64,000 nt of DNA, from contig JAWXAQ010000008.1 in NCBI GenBank assembly GCA_034439575.1, positions 128,001 through 192,000 on the forward strand, given 5' to 3'. This document shows, one piece after another, positions 45,750 to 54,771 of this stretch; the stretch's first letter is position 1; each line of letters starts with the position of its first letter. A program made the translations under genes and the position numbers. Below the pieces are notes generated by a model. It did no database searches and had not been told where the DNA came from. It saw only the letters and a program-made list of their open reading frames with translations. This stretch comes from Leptospira sp. (GTDB lineage Bacteria; Spirochaetota; Leptospiria; Leptospirales; Leptospiraceae).

Positions 45750-46712
45750 ATGAATATTTTTATCAACGAACAAAAGTTAGAAACTACCTTGAATGGCGAA
45801 ACCAATCTTGGCCAAGTATTGGATGAAATTCAAAAATGGATTGAATCGAATGGCAAATATTTAAGACATTTTACTGTCAATGGTGCAGAAATTAACCGTT
45901 CCGAATTGCAGAAAGTAGAACTGAGTGAAGCTGAACGTTTGGATCTTTTTGTAGGAGAAGAGCTTGATATTATAGAAGATAGTTTGATCGAGTTAGATCT
46001 TTATGTTGATAAAGTCGGCTCTACTTTGGTCGGTCGGGATTCTTTAACCGAAAAAGAAACATTGGATTTACAGGAAGGTATACCGTGGGTTGAATCCATG
46101 TTAGTATCTACAAAAAATCTTCTACATCTTAACCTAACATCAATTCGCCCGATGGGCAAAGGTAAAAATGTAGAAGAAATTATCGCCTCACTAAAAGCAG
46201 GATCAACGAATTTAGATAGTTCAAATTCTATAGAATTGTTTTTAGAAGACCTACGCGATTTAAAACTTTTTCTAATGGATTTGAGTGCTCGTTTGGCAGT
46301 GATTCGTATGGATGACAGCGAATTACTCGCCATAGTATCTAAGTTTGTTGATGAGAAAGATAAAATCATAAAAGATTTTATGCTTGTGAATGAAAATTTT
46401 CAATCTGGTAAAGATTTTTTGGCTACAGAAATCATGACGGATGCTGTTGGTAGATTGAATGCACTGATTTCTGCTATGGTGTCTATTCAAGGTCGTCATT
46501 CTGAAATCAATTGGGCAGATTTTAAAGCAGGAGACAAAACACTTTCGGAAGTAACAATCGCCTTAAATGATTCACTGGGAAATGTTGCTACTGCAATGGA
46601 AAAAAATGATATCGTATATGCAGGTGATATTTTGGAATATGAGCTTCCTGAACTTCTTGAAAATATGATACCGCTACTTAAAGAAATGTTAGCAGTCGTT
46701 AGCGTTATGTAA
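45750..46712 (+). CDS. Acidic hypothetical protein co-transcribed with fliD
   Basis: 320-aa ORF 1 nt after the fliD stop, GGA SD, C-terminal AMEKND.V..GDILEYEL motif. Confidence 0.75.
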   Translation: MNIFINEQKLETTLNGETNLGQVLDEIQKWIESNGKYLRHFTVNGAEINRSELQKVELSEAERLDLFVGEELDIIEDSLIELDLYVDKVGSTLVGRDSLTEKETLDLQEGIPWVESMLVSTKNLLHLNLTSIRPMGKGKNVEEIIASLKAGSTNLDSSNSIELFLEDLRDLKLFLMDLSARLAVIRMDDSELLAIVSKFVDEKDKIIKDFMLVNENFQSGKDFLATEIMTDAVGRLNALISAMVSIQGRHSEINWADFKAGDKTLSEVTIALNDSLGNVATAMEKNDIVYAGDILEYELPELLENMIPLLKEMLAVVSVM

Positions 46713-46722
46713 TAAGGTAATT

Positions 46723-46920
46723 TTAAGATTTCGAAATCAGACGGGAGCTGAGCCAAAAAATAAAGCCAGCTCCTAAAAGTACCATCCCCCAAATGAGATT
46801 GATATTTTGACCCAAAGATACAGAGTACATTGTATCACCATTGGTAAAAAACCCATAAACACAAAGAATCGAACCTAAAATCAGAAACAGATAGCCTAGA
46901 ATTTCAGAGAAATTTAACAT
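46723..46920 (-). CDS. Small two-TM membrane protein
   Basis: Two hydrophobic helices with NINLIWG; AGGTG SD. Confidence 0.65.
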   Translation of the reverse strand: MLNFSEILGYLFLILGSILCVYGFFTNGDTMYSVSLGQNINLIWGMVLLGAGFIFWLSSRLISKS

Positions 46921-47044
46921 TCGTTCACCTTATGTTATATCCTTAATGACTTAGTATTATTATCATTGAAATATAAAATCAATTCATTTATTGAATCAAC
47001 AATTGCTTTCAAAACGATCACAACAAATAAAATAGTACAAAGTC

Positions 47045-47791
47045 ATGGCCATTTTTTTAGATCTTGATAATACCATCCTACCTTCCAAACCCGCTTATGA
47101 TTATGCTATCAAACAATTGGCATTTGATTGGGAAAATAAGGGAATCGGAAGTAATGAAGAATTTACGAATATATATTTATCTTCTCGTGAAATTGTTAAA
47201 AAACAATTATTGCACCACACTTCCAATCGATTGAGGTTACTTTGCTTTAAACATATGTTAGCCGAAAAAAACTCCGGTATCTCAACTCACGATATGGAAT
47301 TTTTATTGTGGCTCGAGGATCGTTATTATTTTCATTTTGAAACTTCATTACAAAATGCAAAATCAAATGATCCAAATTGGCAGAGTCTCATTTCCTACTT
47401 GGAAAAGTTATTCCAAAAACATTCTGTTTGGATTTTGACAAATGAAACTTTACGAACTCAGCTAATGAAATTAAAGGCATTTTTTCCACCTTCCATCAAA
47501 TGGAATTTGATTACTTCAGAAGAAATCGGTCTCGAAAAACCAGACTCAAATTACTTTAATTATGCGCTAAGAATTTCTGGTTCATTACCAAATAAAACAT
47601 TTATGGTCGGTGATAATTTAGAAGATGATATATTTGGAGCATCGAAGTGTGGTATTCATGCAATTCATTTATTATCGATCTTTGGTGAGGACAAACAAGT
47701 AAAAGAAGTGAATGGCAAAGGCAACACCCACTACCATTCCACTTCTAATATTTATTCTGCGATAGAATTCGGCTTAAATAGGTTTTCTTAG
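47045..47791 (+). CDS. HAD-family hydrolase
   Basis: DLDNT motif I, LTN, EKPD, MVGDNLEDDI. Confidence 0.88.
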   Translation: MAIFLDLDNTILPSKPAYDYAIKQLAFDWENKGIGSNEEFTNIYLSSREIVKKQLLHHTSNRLRLLCFKHMLAEKNSGISTHDMEFLLWLEDRYYFHFETSLQNAKSNDPNWQSLISYLEKLFQKHSVWILTNETLRTQLMKLKAFFPPSIKWNLITSEEIGLEKPDSNYFNYALRISGSLPNKTFMVGDNLEDDIFGASKCGIHAIHLLSIFGEDKQVKEVNGKGNTHYHSTSNIYSAIEFGLNRFS

Positions 47792-48628
47792 AGTTATAAA
47801 GAGGGTATTGTTCCAGTTAATTTTTCTGAAGCTGATGGCAAAAATAAACTTTGTGATCAAATAATAAGCTAACTTCGCATAGACTGCTATTTTGCTTTTT
47901 GAGCCAGATACGGAAAGGATTGGCATAAGGACTTTGTATCTCGGATTTTCAAAACCACATTGTTTGCCAAGTTCTGCAAGAGTAAACATTTTGTAATTGT
48001 TGACATGATCTTTTGCTTCCAGGTAATGTCCGTTTGGTTGCATGCCTTTGAGTTTTACTTTTAGATTTGCTTTGAAGAGTTGGATGGGAAAATTTGGAGT
48101 CTGTAAAAATAAAATGCCACCCGGTTTGAGCAGGGTAAATAAATAATTAAGTAGGGAATGAGGTTTAGGGATATGTTCTATGACATCCCAGAGTGTGATG
48201 ATATCAAAAGAATTTTCAGGTAGTTTTGAATTTTGCACTAAACCAGAGTGAACTGTCGTTAGACCATTGTTTTTTTTAGCAAATTCCACGGCTTGTGTAG
48301 AAATTTCATATCCGACTGCTTGCCAATTTGGCTTGGAAGTTAACACTGATTTTACGAAAAATCCGAGCCCACATCCTACATCTAATAAATTTCCCTGTTC
48401 GGATTTTAGATAAGTCGAGATAAAGTCTTTATAAACTGCCCTGTGAGCCGTATCCCACCATTCTAAATCGTAACTTTGGTTTTCGCCTTCCCAATAACCG
48501 TCGTAATGTTCTTCTTGTTCATATGAAGAAAATACATGACCACAATTATTACATTCTAGAATCGGGATTCCGTTTTCATTAAATACAGTTTTGGAATCGG
48601 TGGAAGAACATAGGATACAATGTTTCAT
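47774..48628 (-). CDS. Class I SAM-dependent methyltransferase with N-terminal Zn ribbon
   Basis: CILC...CNNC, LLDVGCGLG, FDIITLWDVIEH, LKPGG. ATG at 48628. Confidence 0.85.
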   Translation of the reverse strand: MKHCILCSSTDSKTVFNENGIPILECNNCGHVFSSYEQEEHYDGYWEGENQSYDLEWWDTAHRAVYKDFISTYLKSEQGNLLDVGCGLGFFVKSVLTSKPNWQAVGYEISTQAVEFAKKNNGLTTVHSGLVQNSKLPENSFDIITLWDVIEHIPKPHSLLNYLFTLLKPGGILFLQTPNFPIQLFKANLKVKLKGMQPNGHYLEAKDHVNNYKMFTLAELGKQCGFENPRYKVLMPILSVSGSKSKIAVYAKLAYYLITKFIFAISFRKINWNNTLFITLRKPI

Positions 48629-48745
48629 ATAGGATTTGTGCTTATACACTGATTTTCCCTTGGCATCGGGTCAAACCAAAAAACCCTTCGATCTTGCTTG
48701 CCATCCCAGTCCAAATTAAAAGATTAGGTTAAAGAGTAAGGCATC

Positions 48746-49588
48746 ATGAAGATTCAATTCACAAAGATGGAAGGCATTGGCAACGATTATGTTTATATAG
48801 ATGCCACAAAAAATGACATTCGGCTCAGCCCAGAACAAATTCAAAAAGTTTCGGATCGCAACTTTGGAATTGGTAGTGATGGAGTCATTTTTATCCGAAA
48901 TTCCAATTCTGGCGAATTTCAAATGGATATGTACAACTCGGATGGTAGCTCCTCTGAAATGTGCGGTAATGGAGTGCGCTGTGTGGGAAAGTATGTTTTT
49001 GACCACGGCCTTACCAAAAACAAGCAACCAAAGATAGAAACGGGGAAGGGCGTTCTCACTTTAGATTTATCCACAGATAGCGCGGGACAAGTTAATATGG
49101 TTTCTGTCGATATGGGGGAACCTATTTTAAAACCTAGCCTAATACCGATTCAATGGAAGGGGGATGATCCTGTTATCAATCAATCGATTGAAGTAAATGG
49201 GAAGACATATCAATTTACGGCCGTTAGTATGGGGAATCCTCATTGTGTGATCTTTGTGGATGACGCGGATTCATTTCCCGTGCACGAGATTGGACCTATC
49301 ATCGAAAATCACCCTTTATTTCCCAAAAGAGTGAATGTAGAATTTGTATCCATCAAAGGTAAAGACCATTTGTACCAAAGAACATGGGAACGCGGTGCTG
49401 GTGAGACATTGGCTTGCGGTACAGGTGCTTGTGCTGTAATGGTTGCGGCAGTATTAAACAACAAAACTGGTAAAAAGGTAGAAATCGATTTAAAGGGCGG
49501 TCGTCTCCATATTGAATGGAAAGAAAATGGAAATGTGATTATGACTGGTCCCGCCAAAGAAGTGTTTAGCGGCACAATAGAAGTTTAA
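48746..49588 (+). CDS. dapF: Diaminopimelate epimerase
   Basis: [38 protein letters not shown]. Confidence 0.96.
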   Translation: MKIQFTKMEGIGNDYVYIDATKNDIRLSPEQIQKVSDRNFGIGSDGVIFIRNSNSGEFQMDMYNSDGSSSEMCGNGVRCVGKYVFDHGLTKNKQPKIETGKGVLTLDLSTDSAGQVNMVSVDMGEPILKPSLIPIQWKGDDPVINQSIEVNGKTYQFTAVSMGNPHCVIFVDDADSFPVHEIGPIIENHPLFPKRVNVEFVSIKGKDHLYQRTWERGAGETLACGTGACAVMVAAVLNNKTGKKVEIDLKGGRLHIEWKENGNVIMTGPAKEVFSGTIEV

Positions 49589-50314
49589 TTATTTTCTGAT
49601 AAAGTCCGCTTTTTGCAAATCAGCCATCCGACGTTTGGCTTCATCAGATACCGCTCTCATCCCTTGCTCGAGGGGAAGGTGTGAATAGTCTTGGTATTTA
49701 ATAACTTCGCCAAACACAAGATTGACTTTTTTATAAACAACTCTCTTTTTTATATCACAAACTTCCTTAGGCATCCCCATAAAAGAACGAACTAGAGGAG
49801 GGATCGGATAATCAGAAATTGTTTCTTCTTCGGGAATGATGACAGAAGGTAACACATCTACTTTGTTTCTGAGACTGAAGGCCGCAAATCCATGATGGAA
49901 ATTCGCCAAAGGCCCGTTAAAGTCGTTCTTGACCATATAATCATGACCTTCGGGAAAAATTCCCAAAACATCACCATTTTTAAATACTTGTTGTACTTTT
50001 TTGATACTGGCGATAGAAATGTTTCCGTCGATTGCCATTGGAATTGTGCCTGTTTTTTCGACTAAGTCTTTGAAAAGGGGAATCCGCGTTGTGTACTCAG
50101 CGGCTATCCAAGATATAAATCTGGGAAATGCTGATCCTATGACAAAGGGATCCATATCACTTCTATGATTACAAGTTAGGATTAACTTTCCTGTGGGAAC
50201 AATATTGTGATATCCGTAGACATTTGTCGTAACGGCCAAATTAAAAAATGGAGTTATAAATTTTTTAATATTCTCAACATTTTTCTTTGCCTGGTCAACG
50301 ATTGGGTTTTCCAT
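49589..50314 (-). CDS. Lysophospholipid acyltransferase (PlsC-like)
   Basis: NHRSDMD and GIFPEG motifs. ATG at 50314. Confidence 0.85.
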   Translation of the reverse strand: MENPIVDQAKKNVENIKKFITPFFNLAVTTNVYGYHNIVPTGKLILTCNHRSDMDPFVIGSAFPRFISWIAAEYTTRIPLFKDLVEKTGTIPMAIDGNISIASIKKVQQVFKNGDVLGIFPEGHDYMVKNDFNGPLANFHHGFAAFSLRNKVDVLPSVIIPEEETISDYPIPPLVRSFMGMPKEVCDIKKRVVYKKVNLVFGEVIKYQDYSHLPLEQGMRAVSDEAKRRMADLQKADFIRK

Positions 50315-50316
50315 TC

Positions 50317-50613
50317 TTAATCTCCGATAATCTTTTTCCACCAAGATTTTGTTTGGTGGTCGGCATTTGAACCCGATGAAGATCTTGTCGAAGGATCAAT
50401 CTCACCTAATTCACCTGAATCATGTAAGGTGGGCGAGTCTTTTTTTCGTTTGCCCATGGAAGATTGAGTTGGCAGAGTTCGTTTGATCTCTTCCAACTCC
50501 CTTTGAGCGGCGGCACTTGACTTAAGATAGGCACGAATTTCATCCCACTGGGAATCATAATCATTACCATAAATAGCAAAATTCATTAGATCGATTCGAT
50601 CAAAATCGGGCAT
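50317..50613 (-). CDS. Hypothetical protein
   Basis: 98-aa ORF with SD, abutting the downstream gene; C-terminal amphipathic SWWKKIIG. Confidence 0.65.
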   Translation of the reverse strand: MPDFDRIDLMNFAIYGNDYDSQWDEIRAYLKSSAAAQRELEEIKRTLPTQSSMGKRKKDSPTLHDSGELGEIDPSTRSSSGSNADHQTKSWWKKIIGD

Positions 50614-50718
50614 TTGTTTCGGAATCCTTCCCTTATTTCCTTAGATTTCAGACTGAAATTTCATGGAATTCAATCCAATTTTTCCAAATAGAAGCGGTCT
50701 GACCACTAAAGAATTTTA

Positions 50719-50934
50719 ATGGACGGCTTGAGATTCGGGGGTCGGATTCCCGATGATATAAAGGTGAGAGATAGAATCGAGTCGAAGAGACATAAGATCA
50801 AAAATTCAAACCAGAACCCATTTATCAATGCAAGCAACGTAATCCCGTTTCCGACAGGATTGCCAAATAAAGAGAAAATTTCTGACCTTTGTGAAGATTT
50901 GTTTTGCCCAAGCGAGAGCGAGCAGGAAGGCTAA
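50719..50934 (+). CDS. Possible small hypothetical protein
   Basis: 71-aa ATG ORF ending 6 nt before the next gene; NVIPFP motif; no clear SD. Confidence 0.3.
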   Translation: MDGLRFGGRIPDDIKVRDRIESKRHKIKNSNQNPFINASNVIPFPTGLPNKEKISDLCEDLFCPSESEQEG

Positions 50935-50940
50935 TCTAGA

Positions 50941-51423
50941 ATGTTTTCCAAACTGCTAATTTTCTCTTTATTTTTCGTTTTTTTATCCAATTCCATGTGC
51001 CTTCGCTTGTGGATCGTTTCGGCGAAACATCGAACCGTGGAAGAAATTCGGGAAAACAAAAGTTACCAAAGGACACGTTCCTTTTTGAAAGCGAAACAAT
51101 GGTTAGAATACAAATTATCGCCGGAAATTTCAAAGATTGAAAAGGAAAACGCGGATGCAGGCACTATCCAGGGTGTAGGTCTTATACGATGTTATGTGCC
51201 GTATGGTGTCGGCGAAGTGGATGCCAACGAACATGAGTTTAACTATAGGATTAAGGTTCAGGATGGCAATGCTACCTTTGTCGTGGAAAAGATATTTTCC
51301 TTTATCAGAGATCCGAATGATATCATTTTAAATTATGGTCCGAAAGACGAAAAAGTAGCAAAAATAACGATTCGATCTTGTTTTAAACCTTTAATCGAAG
51401 ATTTTTTTGAATATATAAAATAG
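50941..51423 (+). CDS. Exported hypothetical protein (DUF4468/TBP-like fold candidate)
   Basis: Signal peptide; KAKQWL...ENADAGTIQG.G...Y.IKVQDG pattern. Confidence 0.55.
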   Translation: MFSKLLIFSLFFVFLSNSMCLRLWIVSAKHRTVEEIRENKSYQRTRSFLKAKQWLEYKLSPEISKIEKENADAGTIQGVGLIRCYVPYGVGEVDANEHEFNYRIKVQDGNATFVVEKIFSFIRDPNDIILNYGPKDEKVAKITIRSCFKPLIEDFFEYIK

Positions 51424-51440
51424 CTAGATAGATGTGTCGG

Positions 51441-51725
51441 CTAGCGACCGATAGGTGTGCCAGTCGCGGTTCCAGTGGAACCAGAAGTGTTTGTACCTGT
51501 GGACGAATTGGTCAAACCATAATAATCGAGATTTTGCGAATTTTGAATCGAAGTGGCATTTGGATCTGAGCTTGTGTTTTGGTTATTGTTTGCTGAAGAA
51601 CCAGATGAACCATTTTCATTCCCATCTCTAAGTAGATCCAAAATGTCTTGTTTGTTAATCAGACGATCACTACAATTCAAAATAAAAATTTGAAGTGCTA
51701 TGAGTCCCGCAATACGAAGTTTCAT
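51441..51725 (-). CDS. Small Ser/Thr/Asn-rich lipoprotein
   Basis: Lipobox FILN-C; low-complexity mature part. Confidence 0.65.
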   Translation of the reverse strand: MKLRIAGLIALQIFILNCSDRLINKQDILDLLRDGNENGSSGSSANNNQNTSSDPNATSIQNSQNLDYYGLTNSSTGTNTSGSTGTATGTPIGR

Positions 51726-51765
51726 AATTCTATTCTAAGAGGATAACTATTATAAGGCAAGTAAT

Positions 51766-53319
51766 TTAAGAATAGATTTTTTCTTTGGAAAATCTTCCTT
51801 TCAATTCAAATTCACCCAAATAAGTGAAATTCTTTTTCTCTGCATCAAGAAGTCCCATATAACAGGCTTCTGTGATCAACAATTCTTTCCCGAGGCCTTT
51901 GCAAAGACCTTCCACGCGCGAGGCTGTGTTCACAGTGTCACCAATTACGGTAAATTCCATGCGACTTAAGGATCCAATATTTCCTGCCAAAACTTGGCCT
52001 GTATGGATGCCGATACCCATACGGAGTTCTGGTAAACTTTCCGTAGCAAATTCTAAGTTCAGTTTTTTCAAGTTTTCCATCATTGAATAGGCGGTCTGTA
52101 GAGCTGTAGACACTGGGGAATTCAGTGGGATCGGAGTACCAAAAACGGCAAGGATCGCATCACCAATAAATTTATTGATAAATCCACCGTGAGTTTCTAC
52201 CGCATTGCTCATTTCTTGGAAGTAACGATTTAATATGTGCAATACTTGCGTGGGTGTGCGATTTTCCGAAAGTTTTGTAAAATCTCGTAAATCTGAAAAA
52301 AGTATAGTCGCCTCTACCGTTTTTCCACCTAAGCTCTGTTCGTTGTTTAGCAAATAATCACGAATCCTTGGGTCTACAATTCGACCAAAGGTATCTTTGA
52401 TTCTTTCTTTTTCAGCAAGTCCTTTCGTCATTTCGTTAATCGCATCACCGAGTACTCCGAATTCGTCTGAACTATGTATGACGACCCTAGTATTAAAATC
52501 TTGGTCTTTGATACGATACGTCGCATCTTCCATTAGGCGAAGAGGTGTGTGCATACTTTTTGCAAGTACATAAGAAATCATAAACGAGAGAATTAGCAAT
52601 ACGGCCGCTAGTTGGAATAAAATATCTGATTGAAATATAGATAAAAGATCTAGGATTTCAAGTTTTGAACGATTCATAATTCCAAAGAGGAGTAACAAAA
52701 CAGGAAATAGAGAGATGGAAGTCCAGACAAGAATATGTTTAGAAACAATCGAAAATCGTCTTGTGTTGGTATATTTCCCAAGGCCACCATCAGGAAAAAA
52801 ACAAGGAATCAATAAGAGTCGATTTAAGTAATCAACAGTGAAAAAAGAAAATGAAAAAACAAAGTAGCCCCAAAAACCAAAAACGATGAATAATAAAAAT
52901 AAACTTTGGCGACTCACATCTGGTATCAGATAGATCGTTCTAATTAAAGATAAGCTCGTTGCCATTTCCCATCCAATAAGTCCAAGCAAACTGATTAGAA
53001 AGGGAGAATTGATAAGTCTCCTCTTTGATATTTCAATTCGTTCATTTGACAGATGTTTGCCGATAACTAATTGTAAAATCGGATAACTATAAAATGTGAT
53101 AATGCCACTGACAATAGGAAAAGGAGCCCAATTGATAATCGCCATCCAGAAATCTTTGGAGGTCAAAATCAGATTAAAGAGAAGCAAATCCTTTTCAGGC
53201 AAAAACTGTGTGGAAGTATAATTTCCAAATAAGAGTGCGAAAAAATTGGAAAAGACAGGAATGATAAAAAAGATAAGGATGAATCCGGTGATGGTGAGAA
53301 TTTTATCGCTTGTTTTCAT
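51766..53319 (-). CDS. Membrane class III adenylate/guanylate cyclase with HAMP domain
   Basis: About six TM helices, HAMP (DEFGVLGDAINEM), FSDLRDFT, KFIGDA, GIGIHTG, GDTVNTASR. Confidence 0.92.
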   Translation of the reverse strand: MKTSDKILTITGFILIFFIIPVFSNFFALLFGNYTSTQFLPEKDLLLFNLILTSKDFWMAIINWAPFPIVSGIITFYSYPILQLVIGKHLSNERIEISKRRLINSPFLISLLGLIGWEMATSLSLIRTIYLIPDVSRQSLFLLFIVFGFWGYFVFSFSFFTVDYLNRLLLIPCFFPDGGLGKYTNTRRFSIVSKHILVWTSISLFPVLLLLFGIMNRSKLEILDLLSIFQSDILFQLAAVLLILSFMISYVLAKSMHTPLRLMEDATYRIKDQDFNTRVVIHSSDEFGVLGDAINEMTKGLAEKERIKDTFGRIVDPRIRDYLLNNEQSLGGKTVEATILFSDLRDFTKLSENRTPTQVLHILNRYFQEMSNAVETHGGFINKFIGDAILAVFGTPIPLNSPVSTALQTAYSMMENLKKLNLEFATESLPELRMGIGIHTGQVLAGNIGSLSRMEFTVIGDTVNTASRVEGLCKGLGKELLITEACYMGLLDAEKKNFTYLGEFELKGRFSKEKIYS

Positions 53320-53331
53320 ATTTACGAAGTT

Positions 53332-54723
53332 TTAATTCGAACCATTTTGTTTTGATTTTAAAAGAACTTTCTGAATCGCGATATGTTTTTTATCCGTAAG
53401 CGGATAAAACAAAAATACTAAAGAGCCTGCGATAAAGAAAAAGCCTACTAGCGGTCCGAAGATCAATGCCAATCGAAATCCTACTTCCGGGATTTGAGTC
53501 ACAGCATTCTGATCGAAACCTATAAAATCCAACATAAATCCGGTCAGTGCGATTCCAATGGCCTGTGAAAACTTGACTCCCATTTTCCAAAATCCAAAAT
53601 AAATCCCTTCTCTTTTTTGTTTGGTTTTCCATTCATCATAGTCGACTACATCTGTTAGGAGAGAATCCATAATTAAAATGGACCCAGCCAATATACCGCC
53701 AAAGAAAGCGACGATGAGTGGTGGTCTGATCTCTCCATAGGGGAACAATGGATAGGCGATAACAGTCAACAATCCAAGAAGAAAGACTCCAAGAAATGCT
53801 GGAATTTTTTTACCAATTTTTTTTGATAACCAAACCCAAAATGGAATTGAAATCATAAGCACAAGAAAAAATGGGAGTAGGATATTGATCACAACATCTG
53901 ATTCTTTGAGACCCAGTCGATATTGATAATAATAAAGTGCAATCGCCGAATTGAATGTCCTACCAATCGTTGCAATGATGAAAGCCAGAAGTAAAGGAAG
54001 AAAAACCCTATTGTTTAAGATGGAACCCAAAGATTCAAAAAAGGACATTTCTTTTTTGGTATTTAATGGTACTATGTCTCTGTCTTTTGTTACCAAAAAT
54101 GAAATCATGGCTGAAATTAAAATAACTCCAGCTACTATTTCACTCGCGAAGGAACGTGACGCTTGTATATTTACCTTTGATGATTCATCACCTAATGATT
54201 GCAGGATGGCGGCTGGAACAAGCATTCCTACGAGCATTCCTATATTACTAAAAAATAATCTCCAACCAAATATGGATGTTCTTTCATTTCTTTCGAATGC
54301 GAGTTCTCCACCCAAAGCAATATGTGGAACTGATATGATGGTCATTGCCGTATTTACAGTTAAGTAGGCGATAAGTAGATACAAAAATTTGCCCATCTGG
54401 GAATGTATGTCAGGTGGTGAAAAAAGTAACAATATAGCTAGAGATAATAAAATACCTCCAATAAGTATATATGGCCTTCTTCTACCAAAACGAGATTTTG
54501 TTTTATCAGAAATATTTCCCATTAGGGGATCACTCACGCCATCCCACAAAATAGAAATTCCTAGAGCAATGCCAGCTAAACTTGGCATAAGTCCAACAAT
54601 TTCTGTATAATACTTTAAAAGATAAATTTGAGTCAGGAGTTGAACGGCCGTTATGCCAGTTTCAGCCATTCCGTAACCAAGTTTGACGGTTATATTAAGT
54701 GGTTTTTGGCTTATTTTTGGCAC
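53332..54723 (-). CDS. MFS transporter, GPH/MelB family
   Basis: WDGVSDPLMGNISD...RFGRRRPY, ERT, DVVDYDE...REG; about 12 TM helices. Confidence 0.9.
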   Translation of the reverse strand: MPKISQKPLNITVKLGYGMAETGITAVQLLTQIYLLKYYTEIVGLMPSLAGIALGISILWDGVSDPLMGNISDKTKSRFGRRRPYILIGGILLSLAILLLFSPPDIHSQMGKFLYLLIAYLTVNTAMTIISVPHIALGGELAFERNERTSIFGWRLFFSNIGMLVGMLVPAAILQSLGDESSKVNIQASRSFASEIVAGVILISAMISFLVTKDRDIVPLNTKKEMSFFESLGSILNNRVFLPLLLAFIIATIGRTFNSAIALYYYQYRLGLKESDVVINILLPFFLVLMISIPFWVWLSKKIGKKIPAFLGVFLLGLLTVIAYPLFPYGEIRPPLIVAFFGGILAGSILIMDSLLTDVVDYDEWKTKQKREGIYFGFWKMGVKFSQAIGIALTGFMLDFIGFDQNAVTQIPEVGFRLALIFGPLVGFFFIAGSLVFLFYPLTDKKHIAIQKVLLKSKQNGSN

Positions 54724-54771
54724 AATGTTTACTTGCTTATTTGACTAAAAAAGTCTGGAATTAAATTAAAT

